IMG/VR virus record: IMGVR_UViG_3300014838_000023
Coordinates: 1 to 57,281 of that record
Direction: 5' to 3' (one strand)
DNA: 57,281 nucleotides
DNA from: a virus
Taxonomy: Duplodnaviria > Caudoviricetes
The position numbers and the translations under genes were made by a program. Of the stretch, positions 29,673 to 39,298 are shown in pieces (position 1 is the first letter of the stretch; every line of letters starts with the position of its first letter). The notes below the pieces were generated by a model. That model did no database searches. It was not told the DNA's origin and was given only the letters and a program-made list of their open reading frames with translations.

Positions 29673-30164
29673 TCAGATCGTGCAGCCCGAATGGTACTGC
29701 CGTTTTGCCTTCAAGTACGCTTCGTGCGCTTGCTCGACGGTCAGAAACACTCCAACATGGTGAGACTTTCCGTCGTATCTGATGTTCGCGTGAAACTTGT
29801 CGCCTCTGCGATAGACGCCGAGCACTCCCGTCGATTTGTTGTGCGCCCTAGCCGATTTGAGGTTCTGACAGTTCACAGAGCGAGTGGCTTCCCGCAAGTT
29901 CTCGAACCGATTGTCGGCCTTCATCCCGTTGATGTGATCAAGCTCAGAGCGTGGCCACTGGCCCGTCTTGGCTCGCCAGACAAGTCGATGCGCGCTGTAC
30001 GCTCGCCCCTTGACTTTGATCCAGCGATAGCCTGACGGTCGAACGTGCCCGGCCTCATCCCCGGCGTCGGTGTCTTGGCTCACTCGCGCTTTCCAGCGCG
30101 GGGGATCGACCGAAAAATCGAGCAAGGCTTGAATCTGCTCGGCGGTAAGATTCGATTCAACCAT
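29673..30164 (-). CDS. HNH homing endonuclease with AP2-like C-terminus
   Basis: AHRLVW...DHING...DNRFENLREAT...N...STGVLGV. Lower GC than the flanks. Confidence 0.85.
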   Translation of the reverse strand: MVESNLTAEQIQALLDFSVDPPRWKARVSQDTDAGDEAGHVRPSGYRWIKVKGRAYSAHRLVWRAKTGQWPRSELDHINGMKADNRFENLREATRSVNCQNLKSARAHNKSTGVLGVYRRGDKFHANIRYDGKSHHVGVFLTVEQAHEAYLKAKRQYHSGCTI

Positions 30165-30263
30165 TCGTCGCACTCCACTGCTTCGGTTGGCCAGAAGCCC
30201 CGTTGCGCATCAACGCATTCGGGGCTTCGTTTTGTCAAGGTTCCACGTGGAACCTTCCGTCAA

Positions 30264-30575
30264 TCAGGGGCTGGTCAGCACCGCGGCCTGCGTCGCGTCG
30301 GGGACGGACAGCGAGACGGGGGTCGTGCCGCCGCCAGTCGACAGCGTGAGCGGCAGGCTGGGCAGGCTCGAGATCGTCGATCCGGCCACGGTCTTGCTGA
30401 CCACGCCCGTGAAGACGCCGGCCGGCAGGTCGAAGGCGCCACTGGCTTGGCTCTGGCTGAACGGCGTGGTGCCATCGGCCAGCGTGCCGGTGACGGTGTA
30501 GTTGAACGTGCCGTCGGTGGTGCCGGCCGGGAAGGTCTGGTTGACGACGGCGGCAGCGAGGGTGGATGCGGTCAT
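30264..30575 (-). CDS. Small beta-rich protein, first late gene
   Basis: MTASTLAAAVVNQTFP..., GGAG RBS. The upstream extension in the ORF track looks non-coding. Confidence 0.5.
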   Translation of the reverse strand: MTASTLAAAVVNQTFPAGTTDGTFNYTVTGTLADGTTPFSQSQASGAFDLPAGVFTGVVSKTVAGSTISSLPSLPLTLSTGGGTTPVSLSVPDATQAAVLTSP

Positions 30576-30959
30576 TTGGAGGCTCCTGACTGATGTTGGG
30601 TCTCTGAGAAAACCGCGCCAGTGTATCGCCGATTCCCGGGGTCGGTGTAGGACTTCTGGCCAAAATTTTTTGGCTGGGTGGGGGCCGATCTGCGCTGCCC
30701 AGACCGGGTTGCGGCGACTCACGGGCAGCTGAGCCGCTGGCTTCGGCTCGGATTCAGCGCACAGCGGCGCCGCCGGCCTGGCGAACCTCGATTCTCGGCT
30801 TTCGACTCGCGGATTGGTGGGTTTCATGTAAAAAATTTCCATGCCCATCTGGGGGAAAACACTGCCCGCAGCGAAGGGGATCGTCACGACAACTTCGTGA
30901 ACCCCCGTCGTCTGGTCGGAATGCCTTTCGACCTGGCCGCCGAGCTCTGGATGGGACCC

Positions 30960-31300
30960 TAAAGCTATAAGAATCATAGACTTAGCTAGAGTTTACATAT
31001 TATTCATTGTCGCGCAAGCCTTGCAAATCAATGACTTAGCGTCGAAAGCTCATGCTCCACTGTATGGATTCGAAGGCCGCCGGCCGATAGCTTGCGGCTA
31101 TCGATTCGCGGTTTTCGATAGCTCAAAGCTAACTATCGACTGAGCCGAGTCGATAGGTCATAGCTATAGGCTATCGGTTCCTGGCAGTCGATAGCCTTTG
31201 CCGCGTTATGTCACACGATGCCGCGTTTTGTCACTCGAGACTGACGTAAAAGCGTCGCATCGGGTCTTGTTTCGGCGTCGACGCAACGCAATTCGATAGG
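30960..31300. repeat. Non-coding strand-switch region with clustered CGATAG/CTATCG repeats and a TGCCGCGTTWTGTCAC direct repeat
   Basis: About 8 CGATAG copies in both orientations at 31085-31299. 16-bp direct repeat at 31199 and 31219. AT-rich stretch at 30960-31040. Confidence 0.6.
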
Positions 31301-31314
31301 CACGATTCTAGCAT
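31298..31314 (+). promoter_or_regulatory. Sigma54-type promoter (-24/-12) for early genes
   Basis: AGGCACGATTCTAGCAT has GG-N10-GC spacing and is close to the TGGCACG-N4-TTGC consensus. Confidence 0.55.
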
Positions 31315-31410
31315 ATGCTGTACTCCCTTCACCCCTCACTGACTTTTCAGAAGGTCAAAGGCTTGCGATGCCCGAAAATCCATCCCATCGCAAGCCAACT
31401 CGGAGCCATC

Positions 31411-31611
31411 ATGACCGCAGCCCAGATCGCCCAACGCATCGCGCAGAACGTCGCTGACGTTGACGCAGACCGGATTACTTGGGACGAGTTCAGCAAGAGG
31501 AACCGTGCCGCTTGGGACGATGTGGCGCAAGGTGAACTGAACATCATCGGCAGTGCGTGTGACAAGCGGCACATGGCCGTGAAGCGCGAACTCGCTCGGA
31601 TGGAAGCATGA
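31411..31611 (+). CDS. Early hypothetical protein
   Basis: MTAAQIAQ..., GGAG RBS. Confidence 0.5.
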   Translation: MTAAQIAQRIAQNVADVDADRITWDEFSKRNRAAWDDVAQGELNIIGSACDKRHMAVKRELARMEA

Positions 31612-31771
31612 GCGAAAACCTGCCAATGCTGTGGAACCCGGACGGGGATCTCGGGTGGCGACGAATTGAAAACGTCTGCCTTCGAACAATTGCTCGCGAT
31701 GCGCTAGAACGTACGGGTTAGCGGGTTCGCCTGCTAACCCGCGCACTTTTGCGCACTTTGGAGATAGCACC

Positions 31772-32050
31772 ATGCATATCAAGGCCTTGCAAGAATTCAT
31801 CCGCTCGCACGGGTTCGCCTGGCCCGGTGGCTATCAATGCGCGTTGCTGATGGCCGACGGAGAGTGTATCGACGCGCAGTCTGCACGCGAAAACTACCGC
31901 CAGATTCGCGACGCGATGCGCACGAACGACTGGCGCAGCAGCTGGGCTCCGGAGGCAGTGTTTGTGCACTGGGAAGGCGAAAGCCTCTACTGCGCCCATT
32001 CGAATCGCGAGATTCCATCCGCCTATGGCATTCCCGAAACGGAGAATTGA
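31772..32050 (+). CDS. Early hypothetical protein
   Basis: FAWPGGY...DGECI...HWEG...YCAH...IPSAY. GGAG RBS. Confidence 0.6.
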   Translation: MHIKALQEFIRSHGFAWPGGYQCALLMADGECIDAQSARENYRQIRDAMRTNDWRSSWAPEAVFVHWEGESLYCAHSNREIPSAYGIPETEN

Positions 32051-32052
32051 AA

Positions 32053-32586
32053 ATGCCCACTACCTACCCGAATCTCTCCATCCCTGCGCCGCGCCGTCTC
32101 GCGATCTTTCGCGCCGAAGCCGCAGAGAAACACTGGGCCCGCCCGATGACCTGGCGCGATGTGCGTTTCGCAACCCTGCGAAGCTCGAGCGGGCTGGACC
32201 AAGGCCTGAACGACGAAACGCCGATCTGGTACACCACCGACGAGCAATTCCGAAACGAACGCGACGCGCACGACGTCGCCCGACTGGGCCATCATGGCTG
32301 GTTCACGGACGCCGAAGGGTTCCCCGAAGACCTGGCCATCGGCATCGTCGCGGGCTTGCCGCACGGCCGATTCCTGACAGGCTATCGCCTGACCATGAAC
32401 GACGAGCGCGTTTATTTCGGCGAGATTTTCGACGACGAAGGCGACGCGGCGCGCATGGCGGACGAACATGCGCGCATCGTCGGCGAATCCGAAAGCGAGT
32501 ACGCAGCGAAAGAGCGCGCCGAGATGGAGCGCGAAGATGCCGCGCAGCTGCAGGAAGACGCCGACGCGATGATGGCGGGCCTATGA
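32053..32586 (+). CDS. Early hypothetical protein
   Basis: MPTTYPN..., GGAG RBS, acidic C-terminus. Confidence 0.55.
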   Translation: MPTTYPNLSIPAPRRLAIFRAEAAEKHWARPMTWRDVRFATLRSSSGLDQGLNDETPIWYTTDEQFRNERDAHDVARLGHHGWFTDAEGFPEDLAIGIVAGLPHGRFLTGYRLTMNDERVYFGEIFDDEGDAARMADEHARIVGESESEYAAKERAEMEREDAAQLQEDADAMMAGL

Positions 32587-32897
32587 AAACTACATTTACG
32601 CCCAGATTCGCAGACGACTCGGGCAAACCGTTTGCAGCTGAAACCGTTTCTATTCTCGGTCTGTCGCTGGTGCTGCATCGCACGCCAGATCCGCAAACCG
32701 GTCTCGAGACGAAATGGCATCGTTGGAGCGTCAGCGACCCCGATAGTCGCATGCGAATCGTCCAGCATTGCGCCAGCAAGGCACAAGCGATCGCGGCCGC
32801 AGAAGCACGCATTCTGCAGGTCGGAGGAGTCGAGACATTCCACAAAGCCGTGACTGCATGGAAAGCGAAACACGCAGCATCCGAGGTGCAATCATGA
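32583..32897 (+). CDS. Early hypothetical protein
   Basis: MKTTFTP..., ATGA overlaps on both sides. Confidence 0.5.
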   Translation: MKTTFTPRFADDSGKPFAAETVSILGLSLVLHRTPDPQTGLETKWHRWSVSDPDSRMRIVQHCASKAQAIAAAEARILQVGGVETFHKAVTAWKAKHAASEVQS

Positions 32898-33331
32898 CCG
32901 CCTACAAACACCTCACCGAGCGCCGGGCCAAGGATCGAAAGATCATGGCCGACAGTATCGCCACGCTGGCGCGAAGCCTCGGGGCATCCGCCGACATCGT
33001 CGAATTCGGGCCGCGATCGATCATGGTCGAGATTGAAACGCCGCAAGGGTTAAACGTCGGAGTCGCTCTCGAGCAGTGCGACGCGCAACTAGACGACACG
33101 TTGGCCGACAAACTCCGCAAGGCTGAAACCGAGCGAGACAACGCCCAGTCGCGTCTACGCGAGACGGACGCCGACGGCGCCAAGTGGCGCAACCTGCGCG
33201 ATACCGTGAACTATCTGCTGTCGCCCTACACGGGAACGCGTTACGGCCGGCAAACAGGCAAGGCCACGAAACCCGCGCCGAAGTGGGCCCAGCATCTCAT
33301 CGGCACGCTGGCGCGTCTGGAAAAGCAATGA
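32894..33331 (+). CDS. Early hypothetical protein
   Basis: MTAYKHL..., GAGG RBS. Confidence 0.5.
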   Translation: MTAYKHLTERRAKDRKIMADSIATLARSLGASADIVEFGPRSIMVEIETPQGLNVGVALEQCDAQLDDTLADKLRKAETERDNAQSRLRETDADGAKWRNLRDTVNYLLSPYTGTRYGRQTGKATKPAPKWAQHLIGTLARLEKQ

Positions 33332-33597
33332 CGCGCCTGACCCGCGCCGTCCTCTGGCTCGCGGGCATCGCCATAGCGCTGGCCTTGCTTGCGCGCCTGA
33401 TCCGGCCACCTCACAAACCGCGAAGGAGATTCGAGCATGAATGATGAAGACGCGATCCCCCTCCGACCGATCCCGATCACGGATCTGCCGGACGTCGAAA
33501 TTCTGCCGGACGACCTGGGCCGCGCCATATGGCTCGAAGCCCTGCGCATGCTCGAGAACCGATTGCATCTCCAGTTCAAACACAAAGGCTACACGTC

Positions 33598-34215
33598 ATG
33601 AAAAAGTACGAACTGACTGCCGAAACGAAAATCGTCTTCGGCATCACCCTCCACCGCATCCGCGCGCTCGTAAAAATCGGATTAAGCGTCAAAGTCGGCG
33701 ACTTGGGCGGCTGGATCGAAACCGAGAAACACCTATCGCAAACCGGCAATGCGTGGGTCTACGGCAATGCTCAGGTCTACGGCAATGCTCAGGTCTACGG
33801 CGATGCTCAGGTCTACGGCGATGCGTGGGTCTCCGGCAATGCTCAGGTCTACGGCAATGCTCAGGTCTACGGCGATGCTCAGGTCTACGGCGATGCGTGG
33901 GTCTCCGGCGATGCTCAGGTCTCCGGCAATGCTCAGGTCTACGGCAATGCGTGGGTCTCCGGCGATGCGGGGGTCTACGGCAATGCGCGCTGTCTGTTGA
34001 CCGTCGGGCCGATCGGCTCGCGCAACACAACCCTGACCGCCCACGCTGACGCGAAGCTCGGCCTTCGTTTCACGACCGGGTGTTTCTCCGGATCAGAAGC
34101 CGAATTCCGTAAAGCCGTCTCCGAATCGCACGCCGGAACCGACTTCGAGAAAGCCTACCTCGGCGCCGCGAACCTCGCCGCCTTCCTCGTCGACCCACCC
34201 AAGGACCAATCATGA
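33598..34215 (+). CDS. Hexapeptide-repeat (left-handed beta-helix-like) phage protein
   Basis: MKKYELT...GDLGGWIE...(G[ND]A[QW]V[YS])n...TGCFSGS. Confidence 0.8.
   Translation: MKKYELTAETKIVFGITLHRIRALVKIGLSVKVGDLGGWIETEKHLSQTGNAWVYGNAQVYGNAQVYGDAQVYGDAWVSGNAQVYGNAQVYGDAQVYGDAWVSGDAQVSGNAQVYGNAWVSGDAGVYGNARCLLTVGPIGSRNTTLTAHADAKLGLRFTTGCFSGSEAEFRKAVSESHAGTDFEKAYLGAANLAAFLVDPPKDQS
33745..33987 (+). repeat. 18-bp tandem coding repeat, 13 units
   Basis: Units such as GGCAATGCTCAGGTCTAC and GGCGATGCGTGGGTCTCC. Confidence 0.9.
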
Positions 34216-34574
34216 ATCGCATCCTCATCGAATCCAAACCGTACGCCGACATGCGCTATCCGACCTTGGGTGATTGGTTCTATTCCGGAGATACGCTGCA
34301 GATCATCACGGCATCGACCGACGAGCGCGGCCTACCCGTGAGCGAGCAGGAACAATTCCTGATCGCACTGCACGAGCTCGTCGAAGTCAAGCTATGCGAA
34401 GCGCGCGGCATCACGCAAAAGGCCGTCGACGACTTTGATCTGGCGTACGCAGGCCTGGACGAACCCGGAGACGAGCCCCTTGCACCCTACCGACGCGAGC
34501 ACCGATTCGCCATGCTGATCGAGCACCAGATGGCGCACGAGCTCGGCATGGTGGGTTACGGGGAAGTGCGATGA
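34212..34574 (+). CDS. Hypothetical protein with HExxE motif
   Basis: RYPTLGDW...LHELVE...EPGD...APYRREH. Confidence 0.6.
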   Translation: MNRILIESKPYADMRYPTLGDWFYSGDTLQIITASTDERGLPVSEQEQFLIALHELVEVKLCEARGITQKAVDDFDLAYAGLDEPGDEPLAPYRREHRFAMLIEHQMAHELGMVGYGEVR

Positions 34575-34974
34575 CACCGAACCTCGAGCAGCAAATCGCC
34601 CTGCTGCGGGCCCGCTATACGGCCAAATCCGCGCCAGAACGCGCCCGAGGCCTCCTCATAGCCGCCGGCATCCCGTGGCGCCTGGCGGGCGGATTCGTCC
34701 TGGACGCGCGCCGCCGCGGCCGAACCACCGGGAAAACCCCATGACCGACCCTATCGCCTATGCCAGCGCCATCGAGGCGCACCGCCGGCCGCGCTTTCGC
34801 CTGAACGTCGACGAATGGGTGGCCGCCATCGCCATCATCTGCCTGGGCGTCGGACTGATCGCCGGCAGCATGCGCGGGCCCGACTCCGCCGCCCCGTCCT
34901 GTTACAACTCGACGCCGGCGCGGCGCTGATTTTCGACCACTCCGACGCGAAGCCCTGTTTTTGCTTTTTTCAAC

Positions 34975-35093
34975 ATGTCGTCTATGTCGTCTCCTGCAGG
35001 GTAAATTCCCTATCTTTCGCGGGTGCGCGCGCGAACCTCTTTCTATTACGGGAGAATAGGAATTTGCCCTGCAACGGGCGACATAGACGACAT
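34975..35093. repeat. Long imperfect inverted repeat, candidate replication origin
   Basis: ATGTCGTCTATGTCG pairs with CGACATAGACGACAT, and TGCAGGGTAAATTCC pairs with GGAATTTGCCCTGCA. Intergenic, just beyond the primase 3' end. Confidence 0.55.
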
Positions 35094-35140
35094 TTCGGAC
35101 CACGACGACACCATTTCGAGGGTTAACCCTTAGACAAAAT

Positions 35141-37561
35141 CTAGTCCGGCATCAGCCTCACGCCCCTGATGAAACGGACGTCCCGACGCCTCCCATTGCC
35201 CATCGGAACCTTGCCTTTTTCAACAATTCCGTCCACAACGCGCAAAATATCGTCCTGAAAACGCGACTTTGCAAGCGCATGGATGCCTCCTTCGCGGCAC
35301 CATTCGACATACGCGGGGTACAGGCCGCCACCCAACCCCTCGGTCATCGGCTCGCGATGCTCTAGCCCTCTCTCGCAGCACTCCGCCACGAACTGGCCGA
35401 CCCGGTCCTGCTCGAGCTTGTAGGCATCCGAGGCCGCGCGCACCACTGCCGGCGCCCGCAAGCCCCCCTGCGTGGCCCACTCGACCGCGCCCCGCACGCG
35501 CCAAGCCAGGATGCCCTCCAGCTCGCCCCTGAGCCGCTCCACGAGTCCATGGTCGATCAGGTGCGTGGCGCGCCCGCCGAGCACCGCCGCCTCGTCGCCG
35601 AACGACGCCTCGTAGGGCACCAGCAGCACGCGCCGCCAGATGCCCTGGTCCTGCCCCTTGACGGCCGGCTTGTGGTTGGTCAGCAGTTGCAGCTTGTGGG
35701 TGGGCGCGAAGTCGAAGAAGTCCTCGCGCATGAAGCGCGCCGACAGCCTGTCGCCCCCCGTGGCCTGCTTGATGAAGTCCTCTCTCAGCACCACCCCCTC
35801 GCCGCTCTCGTGCGCCGTGACCATGCGCTTGCCCATCAGCGAGGCGATCTCCGTGGGATGCCGCTCGCCCTTGGCCGCCAGCATGAGGCCCGGCGCGGCC
35901 ACGCCTGCGTAGTCGCCCATGGTGGCGGCCAGCAGATCCAGCACCGTCGACTTGCCGTTGCTGCCGTCGCCCCAGTGGACGACGAAGCACTGCTCCACGA
36001 CCGACCCCGTCAGGCAGTAGCCGGCCCAGCGCTGCAGGAAGGCCTGCAGCGGCTCGTTGCCCATGCAGATCTGGGCCAGCGCCCGCTGCCAGACCTCGCA
36101 CCGCGCATCCGGCACGTAGGCCACCGGCACCAGCCGCGTGATCATGTCGTCCACACAGTGCCCCCGCAGACTGCCCGTGCGCAGATCCACCGTCCCGTTG
36201 GCCACGTTGAGCAGCCACGGATCCGCATCTAGCGTGTCGACCTCCACCGTCAGCATCTTGCGCGCCAGCCCGACCGCCGCCTCGATGGCCCCCTTCATCT
36301 CGCTCTTGACCGCCCACGCCTCGAGCGCCTTGGCGATGCCCTCGGCCTTGGCGATGGCCGCCGCATCGCCCGTGCTCCCCCTGGCCCGCACGGCCTTGGC
36401 CTCCCCGTGGACGAGCAGCGAGAGGCGACACGCGTACCGGTAGACATCGGCGTCATCGGCGATCCACCTCTTGCCATCCCAGACGTGCCAGCGGCCCGCC
36501 GCGACGAGGACCTGGCGGCCGTACGCGTTGACCAGCCGGTTCGCGTTGGCCTGGTCGGTGCACAGGTGCTGCGCCTCGGGGATGCCGCCACGCTCGGCCT
36601 TGACTCTGACGCCCGGCGACTTCGACTTCTTGCTGGAGCTCGGAGTTTGCGCAACAACTGCCGGCGCGTCCTCCGGGACGACGTCGAACGTGTCTTCGAT
36701 CGGTTCGATCCATCCGGCCTCGCCGGCCAGCACCTTCAAGGTGCCGATGCCGACCAGGGCGTTCGGTCGGTTCTTGATCGATGGCCAGACTCGACGCAAC
36801 AGATCTTGCTCGTTGAACTTGGGGCTGCGCCCGCTGACTTCGAGCGCGAGACGCAAGCCGATATCCGAGCCCCCTGTCTCGCGGTGGATGGCCGCGACCA
36901 TGCGGAACCACTGGTCGTAGTCGAGCTCGTGCTTGCCCGTGTTCGGGATATTGGCCAACACCATGGCCAACTGCTCTACCGTGGCGGTCTGGGCCGGAGC
37001 ACGCACGGCGATGCTGCCGTCGTCCGACCCAAACCGGGCCTCGTACAGATCGGTCACCGCGCCGTTGACGTGGTCGAGTACCCCAGAGAACGCGAGCTCG
37101 CTGGCCTCGGTCTCCTGCCCCGTGAAGGTGAGGAAGCCCTTGGCGCAGAAGACCTCGAAGCCGGGCGACTTTCGATCGGGAAGCGATCCGCTCAGGAATG
37201 CGTGGATGCCCGTTCCCGAGGGCGAGAACTCGCTGTAGGTGGCCCCGACGAGGCCCATAATCGAACTGTCAACTCGGCCGTCGACGACGCACTGGTCGAA
37301 GTCGAGTCCGACCAGCCCCCACTCGGGCAGCATCGCGAAGCCCAGACCCGTCCAGCGGCCGGCCAGATCCGCATCGAGCAGCGCCGACACGGTCTCGTAG
37401 GTGGCCAGGCGGGCCCGGTCGAGCTCGCTGCCTTGCTCGCCGCGGCGGCGCGTGCCGTCGGCGTAGCAGGGCACCTTCAGCGGCTTCTTGCCCGGTTTCG
37501 GGTTAGGCTCGAGACGCCAGAGGAGCCATCCCTTGCGCGATCGCAGTTCGGCGGGGATCAT
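35141..37561 (-). CDS. Primase-helicase (AEP primase + PriCT-2 + D5/P4-family SF3 helicase)
   Basis: GLDFD...EFSPSGTGIH primase motifs, YDQWFRMVAAIH (PriCT-2), Walker A GDGSNGKST, IKQATGGD, TNHKP. Confidence 0.9.
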   Translation of the reverse strand: MIPAELRSRKGWLLWRLEPNPKPGKKPLKVPCYADGTRRRGEQGSELDRARLATYETVSALLDADLAGRWTGLGFAMLPEWGLVGLDFDQCVVDGRVDSSIMGLVGATYSEFSPSGTGIHAFLSGSLPDRKSPGFEVFCAKGFLTFTGQETEASELAFSGVLDHVNGAVTDLYEARFGSDDGSIAVRAPAQTATVEQLAMVLANIPNTGKHELDYDQWFRMVAAIHRETGGSDIGLRLALEVSGRSPKFNEQDLLRRVWPSIKNRPNALVGIGTLKVLAGEAGWIEPIEDTFDVVPEDAPAVVAQTPSSSKKSKSPGVRVKAERGGIPEAQHLCTDQANANRLVNAYGRQVLVAAGRWHVWDGKRWIADDADVYRYACRLSLLVHGEAKAVRARGSTGDAAAIAKAEGIAKALEAWAVKSEMKGAIEAAVGLARKMLTVEVDTLDADPWLLNVANGTVDLRTGSLRGHCVDDMITRLVPVAYVPDARCEVWQRALAQICMGNEPLQAFLQRWAGYCLTGSVVEQCFVVHWGDGSNGKSTVLDLLAATMGDYAGVAAPGLMLAAKGERHPTEIASLMGKRMVTAHESGEGVVLREDFIKQATGGDRLSARFMREDFFDFAPTHKLQLLTNHKPAVKGQDQGIWRRVLLVPYEASFGDEAAVLGGRATHLIDHGLVERLRGELEGILAWRVRGAVEWATQGGLRAPAVVRAASDAYKLEQDRVGQFVAECCERGLEHREPMTEGLGGGLYPAYVEWCREGGIHALAKSRFQDDILRVVDGIVEKGKVPMGNGRRRDVRFIRGVRLMPD

Positions 37562-37615
37562 GGCCTGCACTCCATGAACGACCTCACCCACGCTTCGGCT
37601 TGTTGTAGTACGCCG

Positions 37616-37807
37616 TCACGCAACCACTCCCGCCTGCTGCCGAATCCAGGACTCGACGAGATCTCTTCGCCATAGCGAGCGGCGCAGGATCTTCACAGGC
37701 GGCGGGAAGCCTTGGGTGCGGATGAGGATGTAGATCGTCGAGCGAGACACGGGCAACAGCTCGCGTATCTGCGTGGTGGTCAGCAGTTGCACGGCGTCGT
37801 GCTCCAA
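37616..37807 (-). CDS. AlpA-family HTH regulator/excisionase-like
   Basis: VSRSTIY...GFPPPVKI...SLWRRDLVESWI. Confidence 0.75.
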   Translation of the reverse strand: MEHDAVQLLTTTQIRELLPVSRSTIYILIRTQGFPPPVKILRRSLWRRDLVESWIRQQAGVVA

Positions 37808-37890
37808 TGTCCTGGGGGGTCGCCCACTGTAGCCTTGCGTTGGCCCATGGGCAATGGCATCATCACTATTTTGTGAAGGACTGCACTTCG

Positions 37891-38247
37891 ATGAAGCTCG
37901 ACCGCACCAAGTCTTTCGGCGTCGTCTACGGCCACGACGAGTTCCAGTACGTCCAGAACGGTGTCTACTACGACGGCACCGAGCAGTCGATCGAGCGCAC
38001 GGAAGACGGTGCCGAGCCGATGATCCTGCGCGGCGATCGCAAACCCGACGAGATCGAGAATGCCAAGAAGTTCCTGGCCCAGATCCTGAAGGAAGGCCCG
38101 ATCATGAAGTCGGCCGTCTTCAAGGAGGCAGAAATGAATAACCAACCGTGGGATGCGGTGACGCAGGCCCGCGTGCTGATGGACATCTCCGAGACCAAGG
38201 GCCCGGGGGGCAACCTCCGCTGGAGGCTGCCCGAGTCACTTCACTGA
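37891..38247 (+). CDS. Hypothetical protein (possible winged-helix C-terminus)
   Basis: MKLDRTKSFG..., AAGGA RBS. Oriented opposite to its neighbours. Confidence 0.55.
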   Translation: MKLDRTKSFGVVYGHDEFQYVQNGVYYDGTEQSIERTEDGAEPMILRGDRKPDEIENAKKFLAQILKEGPIMKSAVFKEAEMNNQPWDAVTQARVLMDISETKGPGGNLRWRLPESLH

Positions 38248-38256
38248 ATCGCGGGG

Positions 38257-38721
38257 CTAGCCGCGGCAAGTCGACGGCAGGTACTTCGTCGGCACCGGAT
38301 TGGCTGCGCCGGGGCCGCAGATCCAGCGCGCGATCGTGCCGCCGGCAACAGGTGCGACGACCAGCGCCAGATCGCTCGAGGGCACCAGCTGCAAGGTGCC
38401 GCCATCGATCGTCGCGTCACCCGTTCCTTGCGTCGTTGCGGTGATCACGCCGTTGCCGTCGACGGTAATCGAGGCGACGTACTTCGACACAGGAGTGCCG
38501 ACTGTCGACTCGCAGCCCCATGCGCCTGCAGCCGGCAAGGCCGAGAGAGTGGTCACCGTCTCGGTCACGGTCTCCCGGCATGGCGCCGTGGCCAGGATGA
38601 CCTCGGTCAGCTTCGTGCGCTTGATGTAGTTGTTGTAGGCCGGGAAGGCCACGGCGGCCAGGATGCCGATGATGGCGACGACCACCATCAACTCGATCAA
38701 AGTGAAACCACGGTTTTTCAT
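38257..38721 (-). CDS. pilA: Type IVa major pilin (PilA-like)
   Basis: MKNRG|[24 protein letters not shown] class III signal with Glu5. C-terminal disulfide loop WIC...[15 protein letters not shown]. Confidence 0.9.
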   Translation of the reverse strand: MKNRGFTLIELMVVVAIIGILAAVAFPAYNNYIKRTKLTEVILATAPCRETVTETVTTLSALPAAGAWGCESTVGTPVSKYVASITVDGNGVITATTQGTGDATIDGGTLQLVPSSDLALVVAPVAGGTIARWICGPGAANPVPTKYLPSTCRG

Positions 38722-39298
38722 GTGAGCTCTCCCAAGAGAAGTTTGCGGCGCTGGGTCCTGCGCGCCGCGATCAGGTTTTTCAAATTCGTGCCTCGAGCAC
38801 AGGTCGAGGCTGTTCACCGAATAATGCAGGAGCTCGCACCATAGGTGATGCGCGCTTCGCGAGACGTGGCTATGCGCGCAGTTGTGACAGCCGAGGCGCG
38901 CGCGCCGCGGTGTGAATCCGAGCAGCAGCTTGCGCTCAAGAACTGCGACGGTCGGCGCACTCATTCCTACACAGCCGTCTTCACGACAGCGGTCGCTTGT
39001 AGTCAGGCTCACGTTCTTCGCGTCTATCGGCACTGTGATGCACCAGCACCTTGCCGTCGAACGTAGGTTGGCACCAGCAGTTTTCTGGCAGATGCCTTCG
39101 AGTGTCGGCGACCGGAACCACGTGCGGCGTGGCGGTCTTCTCGGTGAGCCGGACCCGCCACCCGTTATTCATGGTGCTGCCTCCCGTGAATAGCCGTTGT
39201 GCTTGTCGTCAGCACCGAAGGAACGTCATCAACCTCGCGCGTCGCCCTCCGCAATTCGTCTGGGAAGCGCCCGAGCTGCACGGTCACGGTGATCTTGC

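Noticed and set aside
30576-30977. N-terminal extension of ORF 30264-30977
   Set aside because: Composition looks non-coding. A better start with a GGAG RBS lies at 30575.
33745-33987. Possible CRISPR array
   Set aside because: Contiguous 18-bp coding repeats with no unique spacers and no cas operon. DUF2800 is a phage replication nuclease.
37616-37807. Integration module implied by the AlpA/excisionase-like gene
   Set aside because: No tyrosine or serine integrase and no host-like flanking DNA found in the window, so lysogeny is unsupported here.
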